Shown here: in pieces, positions 22,939 to 34,011 of the stretch
Layout: each line of letters starts with the position of its first letter
How positions within the stretch are numbered: the stretch's first letter is position 1
Assembly: GCA_020891255.1 (NCBI GenBank)
Contig: BQFW01000001.1
Span: 2,108,001-2,172,000 of the forward strand
Direction: 5' to 3'
Length of the DNA stretch: 64,000 nucleotides
From: Entomortierella parvispora E1425
Taxonomy: Eukaryota; Fungi; Mortierellomycota
Program-made: the position numbers and the translations under genes
Notes under the pieces: generated by a model
Databases searched by the model: none
Seen by the model: the letters and a program-made list of their open reading frames with translations, nothing else
Told to the model about the DNA's origin: nothing

Positions 22939-25107
22939 ATGAACATTCTTGTCTACTCGGGAGAAGGCGCCTCGCGCACATCCTTGGCTCATACTGTCAG
23001 GACTCTCAAGGGGTTGGTCGGACACCACTACGACGTCATGAAGATAGACTCTGCAGGACTGGCCCAGGAGCCCTGGGAAGAATCAACCGCCCTGCTGGTT
23101 ATCCCCGGTGGACGCGATCTGCCCTACACCAGAGATCTGAAAGGTGCCGCAAATGACAGAATCAAGGCCTATGTCCAGGCGGGAGGACGATTCTGGGGAA
23201 TCTGTGCCGGTGCCTACTACGCGTCCGCTCGCGTTGTCTTTGAGGTCGGGACCCCGCTTGAGGTTCAAGGCGAGAGAGATCTACAGTTCTTTGGAGGCGA
23301 AAGTCGAGGAGTCGTCTACCCTGGATTCGTCTATGACTCAGAGCTGGGTGCCAACGCCGTGGCCATCCAACTGGACCAGAAATCTTTCCCTGGCCTTGGC
23401 TTTGATGAGACCCGCGTCTACTTTAATGGCGGAGGTTTCTTCGTCAATGCGCTAAACACGCCAGGAACAAAGGTCTTGGCCTGCTACAGCAATTCAAACG
23501 GAGAAGAGAACCACCATGAGCCCAACAAAGCCGCCATGATTGTCTGCGAGGTTGGAAAGGGTCTTGCCTTGTTGACAGGAGTGCATCCAGAGTATGATGC
23601 TGCGCACTTGGATGCGGGAAATCCCGAATATGGACCGTCACCAAATATCGTCTCACGATTACTGGAGCAGGATCAAAAACGAATTCAATTGATGAGGAGT
23701 TTGCTGACGAACCTTGGACTTAAATTAACGGTCCCTGAGGTCGCTTCTTCTGCGGAGCAGCTCGACCAGACATCTCTGCCCGTGTTGCCTCCTGGTGCAA
23801 TCTTGGGCATTCCAGATTTGACACCTCTTTACTTGGCGTCAATTCACCCTCAGCTCACAGAGGGCTTGGAAAGGACCTTGAAGAGCCTGTCAAGTGCAGA
23901 AGGATTGATCAAGGAAGCAAACGACACGTTCCAGTTGATTCCATCCCCTGACGCCTCTGTTCCTGTGCACACGTCGACTCTGTCAGAGACTCCTGAGGGA
24001 GACACCGAGGAAAAGATTATCAAGAACATTGTCATTTGCAAGAACTCTGCTGGACCTTCACCGAATCTCACGCCTCAGTTCGTCATGGGCCAATTCTTTG
24101 ATCACTTGGCTAAAGTCAGAGCATCAGGCCCTCATCAAGATCTGTCTTTTGGAAACTCGTTGATGTACGGAGAAGTAGTGACATCGACTCAAACCATGCT
24201 GGACAAGAACTTTGGGCTTTGCCAACGTTTGCCTGATGGATTTGTCTGTAACGCCACTATTCAGGTCGCCGGTCGAGGACGTGGTCGTAACTCTTGGATC
24301 TCACCACCAGGATGCCTTCAGTTCTCAATGGTTTTGCGTCATCCTTTTCAAGCTCGTCATGCGTCTGCCGTTTTCATTCAGTATCTGGTCGCATTGGCTG
24401 TGGTGGAAAGTGTTTGTTCTTTGCCGGGATATGAAGACGTGCCCTTGAGACTCAAGTGGCCTAACGACATTTACGCTGAGGCTCCCTTGGAGGAAGGCGC
24501 TGTTCACGAAGATCCCTCAAAGCCCAAGATGATCAAGATTGGAGGAGTTCTTGTCAACTCGAACTTCAGCGGGTCCGAGTTTCTGTTAGTCATTGGTAAG
24601 TGTTGATCGCTAATGCCTATACACTCTTTGTATATGTTTGAAGCATTTTATTAATCTATTGACCTGAATTGACCTTGTTCGTATCCAGGATGTGGAGTCA
24701 ACACGACCAATCCAAACCCGACAACATCTATCAACCATCTTATTCGATACCACAACAAGATGACAGGAAAGGACCTGGGGCTGTTTACGCAGGAGACATT
24801 GTTGGCCCATATCGTGGTCAAGTTTGAACAAATGTACAAGACGTTTGTCGGCGGCAACTTTACAGGGTTTGGTCAATTTGAGCAGACCTATTATCGCCGT
24901 TGGCTGCATCAGGATGCGATTGTGACGCTGACAACAATGACTCCTCATCGCCGAGTCCGAGTGCAAGGTATCACTTTAGACTATGGTCTGTTGAGAACTA
25001 TTGCTTTAGATGATCAAGGTCAGGATATACCTGGAGAGGAGCTCCGATTGCAACCTGACGGCAACTCATTTGATATGCTTAAAGGACTCATCTCTACAAA
25101 AGCGTAG
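22939..25107 (+). CDS. BPL1: Biotin-protein ligase/holocarboxylase synthetase, 691 aa. Exons 22939-24595, 24689-25107
   Basis: BPL_N domain (MNILVYSGEG, LLVIPGGRDLPY, GICAGAYY). Catalytic domain (VTSTQTML, QVAGRGRGRNSWISPPGCLQFS, LKWPNDIY, KIGGVLVNS, IGCGVN). C-terminal LQPDGNSFDMLKGLI. Confidence 0.97.
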
Positions 25108-25354
25108 CAGCTATTCATTTGAATAAAAGTTTCTGATGTTGGTCTATTTGACCGATGGATTCGAAGGTGGAACGAATGGCTTTTTTTTTTTTTGGGGGGG
25201 CTGATGGGGGACTCATCGGATCAATCTTTTCATATTTTCTTCCGATGCATCTCTTTTTGTCCCTTGCCGTCTTCACCTTCTCGTGCAACCACTCTCTTTG
25301 CTCCAGTGATCCCCTCCTCTCAAAAGAAAGACCTACACAGTTTCAGACTTCAAT

Positions 25355-26116
25355 ATGCAGCAGCAACCACCCTCTCGAGGCACGGATTTCGAAAGAATGA
25401 TCATGGATGACTTTTCAAGCGCGTCCTTTACAAGTCTCTGCACCTGTCCTTGCAAATGCTGCGCCCGCCGAAACAGGAGCAAAGACTCCTTTGATATGGT
25501 TGAGGGCTCGGACGAAACCGAGAACCAGCCTTTCGTCCTCGTGATGCCTGAAGAAAAGGAAGCCTTGTCCAACCGCAATGTCAGAGACACGACCCTTTCT
25601 GCTCTGAACTACAAGAAGGAGGAGTGCGAATCTGTGGCCAAACTCAAGGCCGAGATTCATCAGCTCGAGCGAGCTTTGCACCACGCTCATATTCGACCTA
25701 GCCCTCCGCCAGACGCTCACGTTCGCATTGTGCCATCTGGTATGCATATCTTCGGATCGGATGCCCACATGACAAGCGCGGAAAGTGCTCATCGCGTTCG
25801 AGCTATCAAACCCTGGGACGCCCTCTTTGAAAGTTCCAGTGGAAGCAAAGGCGAAAAGACGCAAGGCCAAAATCAAAAGGCTGAGTCCACCCACCCTCCG
25901 TCCTACCACCAAGTCTCGGCGCGACATATCCCCGGCGCGAATACGGGAGATATCGCTCAGGATCTCAAGTCTGTGCTGTCGATCGATAGCCTTCAGTTCA
26001 GGCTCAAGGACGACGGGACCGGCACCTACGTGATCAAGATCGGCAGAGGCGTCCTGAAGCAGTACAATTCGATGGAAATCTGTCCCTCGACTTTGACTCT
26101 GACCTTGCGAAAGTAG
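25355..26116 (+). CDS. Hypothetical protein, 253 aa
   Basis: ATG-initiated intronless ORF with coding-like third-position bias, an N-terminal Cys cluster (CTCPCKCC) and a short coiled-coil. No family recognised. Confidence 0.65.
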   Translation: MQQQPPSRGTDFERMIMDDFSSASFTSLCTCPCKCCARRNRSKDSFDMVEGSDETENQPFVLVMPEEKEALSNRNVRDTTLSALNYKKEECESVAKLKAEIHQLERALHHAHIRPSPPPDAHVRIVPSGMHIFGSDAHMTSAESAHRVRAIKPWDALFESSSGSKGEKTQGQNQKAESTHPPSYHQVSARHIPGANTGDIAQDLKSVLSIDSLQFRLKDDGTGTYVIKIGRGVLKQYNSMEICPSTLTLTLRK

Positions 26117-28208
26117 ACCACACTTTGGTCCCCAATAAGCCTGTCTCTCATTGTACTGCAATATGTTTTGCTTGTATATGGGAATTGTTGTCAGCACCAC
26201 TGCCTTTGAGTGTGGTTTTCTTACTTTTGAAGGCGCAAGATGTTTAACTAGCAGATACGAGGATAATAAACACGCTCGTTGACAAGATGCAGTGGAGGGC
26301 TACGACAGTTCCTTGTGAATACATCTTTGTTTATTGTCAGAAGTGAGAATATACGAAAGAACACGCGTTCGAACATGTAACTATCGCAAAAAGACTTGGA
26401 ACGACAAGAGTACGCTATCGGAGATGCAACCACAATGAAGAGCAGAGTAAGGATGAGAGCATTCCTCCACCTTCCTAAGAAAAGACATTCCATATTAGCA
26501 AGTATGCGACATACCCGGTATTGCTTGCTTTTTGTTCTCTGTGCTGCCGGTGCCCGTTGGATCAACGTTGGCCTTACAAAGACCTTGGCTTAGTCCTGTG
26601 TCTGGAGATTCAACGTTGTTTTAAAGGACTTTGGGAAATGAAGGTAGGAACTTGAACTGAAAGGTGCAGTGTCGTGGACGGAAGGCTCTCAAGTGAGGAA
26701 CGTGGCTGTTGACCAGCTGTTGCTGTTTGATGTAGCTTTTTTTTTGCCTTTGTCGATTCTCAAAAAAAATGTGAGCTTTTTTTTTTTTTGCAGTTGCAGT
26801 TGCAGTTGCATTCGAGCAAAGGGTCAGGACCGAGGCATTCATGGACGAGAACCGAGATAAAGGTATGAGCACCCTGCCTGTATATTTCCGAGACACATTC
26901 TTGCCAATGTGGAAAGGGATACAATGGGTCGTCAGTCTTCGTAGATACAAAGTCAAGGAGCACAAGAGAAAAAGTGGCGTAAAACAAGTGAGTCGATCTT
27001 TGGAGTTGGCAACACAAAGGGCTGGGCTGGAGGGCGAAGGGTCAACAGAAGAGAAGGCGATCGACGGAGCAAGTGGGCACAAGAGTGGGCGAAGGAGAAG
27101 GAACAACGCAGCACAACACAAAAAAACAACAAAACACAACGGACTGTATCCGTGCATCAGCAGCACGAACGCCATTCCTCCAAAGTGACAATTGAGAGTC
27201 CAGAGGAAGGAGAGTCGATGGGCGCCTGTTAAGAAGAGAACGGCAGCAGGCATGGACGAAGCGGGCCAGGATGGGAAAAGCCAGCCAAGCAGAGGAACAA
27301 GCAAGACGAGCAAGGGAGAGAGGAGAGAGCCGACAGGCGGCCAAAGCTTGGAGCGGGGCGGAGAAAGAAGGCCCCGGCGGAAGGCAGAGCAGGCCGGTGG
27401 TTGGTTGGCTGGGTGTGTTGTGCCAGTTTGCCTCCATGGATGGATGGCTCTCAGTGTCGCACTCTCGGGGTGTTTCCTTCCTTCCTTGCCGCCACTTCCT
27501 GGGCAGTCTGTCTGTCTGTCAGTCTGTCTGTCTGTGGTTGTGTGAGTGCAAGGTGAGTGGAAGGTGAGTGCAAGGTGAGAGCGTGCCTGTCTCGACTCTC
27601 TCTCTCTCTCTCCTCCCTCGCTTTCTCTCTTCCGCCCGTCGTTCTTTTCCTTCTTTCTCTGTTTGTCGGTTCCTTTGCGCCATCATCGCCAATCACAATC
27701 ACTCCTCTGACATCCATCCCTCTCACACTCTCATTCTCCCTTGTCATTTATTCCATTCCACTCCCTCCCTTCTTCGTCGACCGTCCACCCGAGAAGGAGA
27801 TCCTTGCGCACACACATTCCACACATTCACCACCATTCCTTCTAGCTCGCCAATAGTCCGCACTAAAACATCTAGCATCTCCACATTCGACCTCCTCCTT
27901 TCCAAATACAGCCCCTGGCTTCCATTCCCTCGGCGCATCTTCTCTCTGACGACTGCATCTAGGAGCTGTCAACCACTCCTCACCGCAACTACCCCCAGTA
28001 TGTTCTTAGTTTTTCAACGTATCAACCTTCCACCATCCACCCAATGCCTAGACTCAGCAAACATGAGCTAGCCTCAACCAAGTGTTAATCTCAATTGTTA
28101 CCCTGTTTGCTTCATTTGCCCTTCAGGGGATCCTGTAGAGTTTCTCGACAGCCCTTGCTCGACTCATAGTCGCGTCTCACTGCCTGCACAGATCCCAATA
28201 TACCCGTC

Positions 28209-30932
28209 ATGCGTCTCCAGTCAAAGACGGCAAGGAAGGCATCATGGATGGTGGTGCCGCTGCTGCTCTGTCTCGGGTCGGTTGTGGCCTTGTCAAATCC
28301 AAGCGCAGGCTGTGGCGACAACCTGGCTGACTGTCCAACACGTTTGGTAAGCGTCTCTTCCTGCTCCTCTTCTTTGCTTCCCCTGCTCAACCCCTGCCCA
28401 ACCCCTGCCCCTACCCAAGCACCACAGACACATGCGACACAGCAACGACTGCAACGGCAATCCTTCATTGTCTGTGTGCGACGTTGTCATAACGCGTGGC
28501 ACTCTTCTGGTGAACACGTCGTAAGACCTTTTTTTTTTTTCTTGCAAATCATTATCCAAAGGCACATACCCTCTCATTCCTTGACTCTCTGCACTCGCCA
28601 CACGTTGCCCAAAGACGTACTCCTCAAAGGTTGAGTTGCTGACTGCATCCGCGTGGATGTGGTCGCGACAGTGCCCTATTGGCTTGTGAGGTCTTTGTTT
28701 GTTTGCATCTCTGTTGCTTTTCGTTTTTTTTCTTGAGAGCCTTGAGCGAGCTGCTCTTTTCAGAGGCTACTCTCCAGGAACCACAAACGGTTTGGCTTAT
28801 CAAAAAACAATGACGGAATCCTCGGCCAGCCAGTCGAGATCAAACTGATGCCCTTTCCTGTCCAGACGCGACATCTACATCTTTTGTCCAGACCATCCCT
28901 GTTTCCCTCACAGCTGCTGCATGCAGATAAGACGCGTCCTTCAATCGACTGGCTCTCATTCGCTGCTCATCCGAGACATTTTCCCTGGCACGCGTGGTAC
29001 CTGAGGATAAAATCGTGTGCCGTTCTTTACTCACAGACATTCCTCCCTTCCAAATAGGCTACCGCCGATGCCTTGTCTCCGCTTGCGGTCATGGACGGGG
29101 GTGTCCATGCTGAACTCGCTCTTTTGGGAGAGGATATTCTGCTAGGAGCCTCGGTAACCCCAGCTTCACCTACGCCGACAAAGCACATGTTAAAACCAAA
29201 GCCAAAGTCAGCGACATCACACAAGAAACCATCAAAGACCACAGAGGAGCACAAGAAGCCACCAAAGAGGACAACGGAGCCACATAAGAAACCACCAAAG
29301 ACCACAGAGCCACACAAGAAGGTACCTTCAAAGTCAAAGAGCCATCCATCTGAGGGTCATGATGATCCCACGCCGCTGACTCCCCCGCCGAAGGAATCTC
29401 ATAAACCAAAGCCAAAGCCAAAGCCAAAGCCTCATGAACCAACACACCCCCATAACACTTCACCTCACCATCCTCCACATACAAGCGCCGTAGCACCGTC
29501 ACCAAGTTCAACGGATCCTCTAGAGTCACCGGCGTCGACAATAGTGGCGTCAACGGGAACTTCAGGAGAGAGCGTGCCAACAACAACGGATGCAGGAACT
29601 ACATCAAGCCTATCGTTGGATCCCACGATTACTCCCACAACGACAGCTGATGTTGGAACCACTGTCCAATCTCCACCTGCTGTCACTGCGCCGCCCTCTT
29701 CCGCTCATAACCCTAGCCCATCTCCAACGACTGTGGTATCAGTGCCAACACCAGACCCAGCAACGACTTCTGGCATCCAAACACCTCATCGACCAACACT
29801 TCCTCCATCCCCATCCCCATCCCCGTCCCCAACGACCACCGTCACAACGACAGAACACACACCAAAGGCTACAACAGCTGCCCCTGCGCCAGTAACGACC
29901 ACGACCACGACGACGACCACGGCAGGAGCCACTGTCCCAACCACGACAGCTGCTCCTAATCCGAACTCCAGCGTTCATCACACTCGCCCAACAAAGACGA
30001 CGCCGTGGCTACCACCAACAATTGAGCCGGTTACGCCACCAAAGACCATCCACACAGCCCCTCCTGGAACTTCTCTTCCAGACGTGGTCATCCCCGACCT
30101 TCACCCGGATATCCCAGGCAACTCGATCAAAGTCCATATGCGGTTTGAGCGGGTGTCCTACTACCAGGTGATCAACAACGGCATCTTGGCAGCTCAGCTA
30201 GTATCGTTTATCCCCGCACAACTATGCCAGCTTTTAGACGTTGACTGTGAACTGATCATGGTTCTTGCGATCCGCGATGGCTCCAATGTGACCTCGATCA
30301 GCACACGGAAGCTGAAAAAGCGGAGAAACAGCTCCGAGTTGGTAGAGGCAGATGCCCCCAAGGATCAGGACTCCTCCCGGGATGGTGCCGCGCACGTGCT
30401 TCTTCGTCGGGACGGAAACAACCTTGCATTGCTGGAGAAGCGGGGTCTGGTGACAACCAACAATGCCGCGGATGCGATCTTGGTTACGGTGGCGATCCCT
30501 CAAGCTCAATACTGGAACCTGAACAGTTTGCTGACCAACCCAAAGAGCGCATTGTTTACAGTTGGCGCCACCAACTTTGGACAGTTCTTGGACTCTACTT
30601 TCCCCCTTAGCAGTCAACCACCCCCAGTCCCAGATAGTCAAGACGGAGATGACGATGGTGGGGATTCGACGGCAGATCCTTTAACAGGTGGCAACCCTGA
30701 CTCGGTGGTGACGAACCCCGGCGACACCTTATCGACCAACAGCGCGCCGGTGATCGGCTCCGTAGTGGGCCTAGCCGCGATTGCATATGTGGGAGTCGCC
30801 ATGTTTGTCGTTCGTCGGCAAAGGGAGAAGAAGCGTAGAGAGCATGAAGCTGCTGAAGCGACCAAAGCCAAGATCTCGGCTCCCGTCAACGTCCAGGATA
30901 GTACTCAAGGATGGGGATGGCATAGCTCTTAG
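28209..30932 (+). CDS. MSB2: Msb2/Hkr1-type signalling mucin, 670 aa. Exons 28209-28346, 29058-30932
   Basis: Signal peptide in exon 1 (WMVVPLLLCLGSVVALS) and a P/T/S-rich mucin region. HMH-like domain (SYYQVINNGILAAQLVSFIPAQL...LNSLLTNPKSALF). Single TM (VIGSVVGLAAIAYVGVAMFVV). Cytoplasmic ISAPV..D..GW motif resembling the Msb2 C-terminal ISxPVxxENSLGW motif. Confidence 0.82.
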
Positions 30933-31642
30933 AATGTACCTCTTTATTCTTTTTCCCTGTTTTGCTCCCCTCCCTCTTTCCCTGTTACCAATACCCATTC
31001 TCTGATGTCATCTCTTTTATGACGCGAGCTGTCGAAAGAAGATTCCATACCTAATATACCTTCACGACCCATCCCCTTTGCAAAACAGAAAGCCCCATAA
31101 AGACACGACAAAAAAGAAATCATATAAAGCCGAGATTGTCCACCAACGCCGTCGATCTTTTGACCATTGGCCCAAGCTTGTACAAAGCTACCGCAACAGT
31201 GTCATTAACCTTGTTTCTTTTTAGTCGGGAACACAAAGTGGACCGTTAGACCGTTATATATTTTTTATTTTTGGAGAGCAAAAGAGAAGAGAGGGATGTG
31301 GGGGGGGGGGCACCGAAGCGCTTAAATTACAATTTGCAGGTATTGTACATGGTCAATTGGTTTCAAAGACAAAAGTGAACTTTCGTTTTAAGGAGAAAAA
31401 TGCGGACAAAGAAAAAAAAAGAGGAAAAAAAGTACAGAAAAAAGGAGACAGAGCGAGAGAGAGAGAGGAAAGGGTCGTTGCGGTTGAGGTTCGTCATCAA
31501 TGGGTGTGGAGGAATGGGCCAGGGAAGAGGAAAAGGAAAGGAGGGGCAAAAGGGGAGGAGTCAGGGCCGGAAAGAGGATTTACAAAGGTCCTGTTCTCTC
31601 TCTCCCCTGAGTGCGGTGCGTGAATGCTGGGTGTTTTTAACC

Positions 31643-32569
31643 TCAGAGGACAACAACGGTGGTTCGAGGGGACAGATCCTCGTATGCCGGTGGAAGAGGT
31701 TCCTCAGTCGTCAGCATCTGGTTCAATCGAGAACGACCGCCCCAACCTGGAGAAGACTCGAGCGAAGAAGACGAGACAGGTCGTTGAGGTTGTTGAACAT
31801 GATAGTGGATCCTTCTTGCCGTGACACCGGATCTGGATCGGGAGTGAGTCCTGGGTGTCACAATGTAGTATCGATCGCCACGAACAGCGGCCGCAGGTGG
31901 GTTGGTGATAGATGTTGAAGGAGAGGCCGCTGAAGATCCTGCTGTTGAGGGAGCCACACCAGCATGTGTACGGGAGGAGAGAGAAGATGACCGAGGAAGA
32001 CGAGGCACCACTGGGGTGGAAGTCGTTGTGCCCTCTGTCGTTGTTGAAGTCGTTGTTGATGTTGCAGCTGTTGTTGTTGCTGTTGTTGCTGTTGCTGTTC
32101 TCGGCGAAGGGACCTCGAGTGGATGAGGGGCGGGATCGACGATAACCTGCAAGTCCTGGACATGTTGGTAATACGTTGGAGGACCAGACTCATAGTCTGT
32201 CACTGCTGTCTTTGTCGCCAACAAGCGCTGTTTCCTCCGGGCCAGGATGGCTCGACCAAAGTAAAGGAGAGCCACCATCAAGGCCATGACCAGGATCACA
32301 AAGATGAACCCTCCCGTTTCAAAGCCGAGTCCTCCTAACGCTGATGTAGAGTCGGAGGAAGAGGAGGTAATCGGTGTAGATGAGGTCGGTTCTGAGGTTA
32401 TCGTAAAGGATGGAAAGGAGGAAGATGTGGATGGAGAAGCGTCCTTGGGCGAGCCGCTTTTTGGAGTCTGGATAGAGTCGGTTATGAAGAAGGACGCTGG
32501 TTGTGATTGGGGTGATGAGAGAGGAACAGAGAGGTCAAGGTCGTCGAGGGCTCCAGAATATGAGGCCAT
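31643..32569 (-). CDS. Single-pass membrane protein with PPxY motifs (Rcr1/Rcr2-like Rsp5/Nedd4 adaptor), 308 aa
   Basis: S/T-rich N-terminus without a signal peptide, TM FIFVILVMALMVALLYF, basic stop-transfer RRKQR, PPTY (~32171-32185) and LPPAY (~31680-31699). Confidence 0.8.
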   Translation of the reverse strand: MASYSGALDDLDLSVPLSSPQSQPASFFITDSIQTPKSGSPKDASPSTSSSFPSFTITSEPTSSTPITSSSSDSTSALGGLGFETGGFIFVILVMALMVALLYFGRAILARRKQRLLATKTAVTDYESGPPTYYQHVQDLQVIVDPAPHPLEVPSPRTATATTATTTAATSTTTSTTTEGTTTSTPVVPRLPRSSSLSSRTHAGVAPSTAGSSAASPSTSITNPPAAAVRGDRYYIVTPRTHSRSRSGVTARRIHYHVQQPQRPVSSSSLESSPGWGGRSRLNQMLTTEEPLPPAYEDLSPRTTVVVL

Positions 32570-32683
32570 TGTGATGGGTATTTAGCGAACTTGTGGGCGA
32601 AGAGGATGGGGGATGGTGAGTGAATCGAGTTGGGAAGAACTGAAAGAAAACTGGTCTTTTGTTCGAGGGGATGTCCAAAAGTC

Positions 32684-32689
32684 TTTATA
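32684..32689 (-). promoter_or_regulatory. TATA box of the first PPxY gene
   Basis: TATAAA on the minus strand about 115 nt upstream of ATG 32569. Confidence 0.5.
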
Positions 32690-34011
32690 TTCAAAAAGTG
32701 CGCATGCGGTGGCTGGGACAAGCACCACAAACCCCAGCCCCGCCCCCTGTCCACAAGTAAAGTCCAGGGTGAATCGTGCAGGTGTTGCGAGAGGAGCGAC
32801 ATGACTATGGGGTCTCTCACTTCCTCGCCTTCCCTCCCCCCTTTGTTGCGTGAAGGTCATGCATTTAAGCGCAAAGTGCGCAATCAAATCAGCGCAAATA
32901 ATGATAAGCATCCCATTTAATTTCAGGGACCACCACAGGTACCGCGGATACATTGGGCGCCTGTCCGTTGGAGGTTGGTCCAACCATTGGACCTTTGACC
33001 TTTTTGGCGGACGGGGTAAAAATAATGAATACGGGTAAAATAAAGGTCGTTGCTGGATCAAATGAGCATATTCAGTCTTGTCCTGCCTCTCTCTCTCTTT
33101 ATCTCTCTCCTCTTCTTGTAGGACCGCCCCCTTCAAAAAAAAAAAAAAAAAAAAAAGAAAACGGTGCAGAGCTCCAAGGCCGATCTCGGCCTTTCTCTTT
33201 TTGTTTTTGGCACAACGTAAGTAGCGGAATACTGCAGTCAGAGCCTGTATTGCATGTGTGGCGGCGACGATTATGATGATAGTCATGACGGCGGCGGCGG
33301 CCCGTTGGATCCATGGATCCTTTGCATCGTATCTGGATCAAGAGCAGGCGTCCGTTTCCATTCTGGCACCTTTCTATTTTTGGGACAAGAAAAACAAAAG
33401 ACATCATTTGTAGGAACCAACAAGCTGAACCTGGTTGTGATCAGAATCGGCCCAAGGGGGAAGGTTCAGGGTCAGGAACGCCACGTTCTCACCAGTCCAG
33501 TATTCTGGATCATGTCCTCGGAGCAAGAAACCAGGGGTGGAAAAGGGGCAAGCACTAGGGCGTCCCTCCGGAACCATGACATGGCGCGGAGCAGCTTGGC
33601 ACCCGACACCTGACACACACATTGTAAACCAAAAAAAGGGGAGTTCGGGGAGTTTGGAGGTTTTTTTTGTATTTGCAAAGCGCCAAGTGCAGTGGTTCTG
33701 GGTCTGAGCCTGGTATGCATCCAGACCATGAGCCTTGTTGGCTCGTGTGATCACAGGACTCTCAACATCGACATGCGACGCTTGTATCCATTTTATGACT
33801 ATTTGATACACGAACGCGCCCAAGCACATTTCCTCGGAGGAACGCTCTGACCTGGTGATCTGACCCATAGAGCTCTGCCACCAAGAAGGATTAATTAATA
33901 GAGTGAGAGGATAATGAGGAAGGGGGGCAGTTGATTTATTCGATGGTCTATGGTACAAAGTAACGGACGCCTCTATATAGGTGTGTCCGTGTGTATCTTG
34001 CTTTTTTTTGT

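Noticed and set aside
26475-26514. Apparent 40-nt intron (GTATGT...GCTAAT...TTAG) joining upstream sequence to the sORF
   Set aside because: Much shorter than other introns here, the donor-to-branch distance is too small, and the upstream frame hits a stop with no ATG.
28347-29057. Intronic snoRNA search in the longer introns (MSB2, MSP1, MAS1, PAH1, chitin synthase)
   Set aside because: No properly paired C (RTGATGA) and D (CTGA) boxes with terminal stems seen by eye; H/ACA RNAs cannot be excluded without a covariance search.
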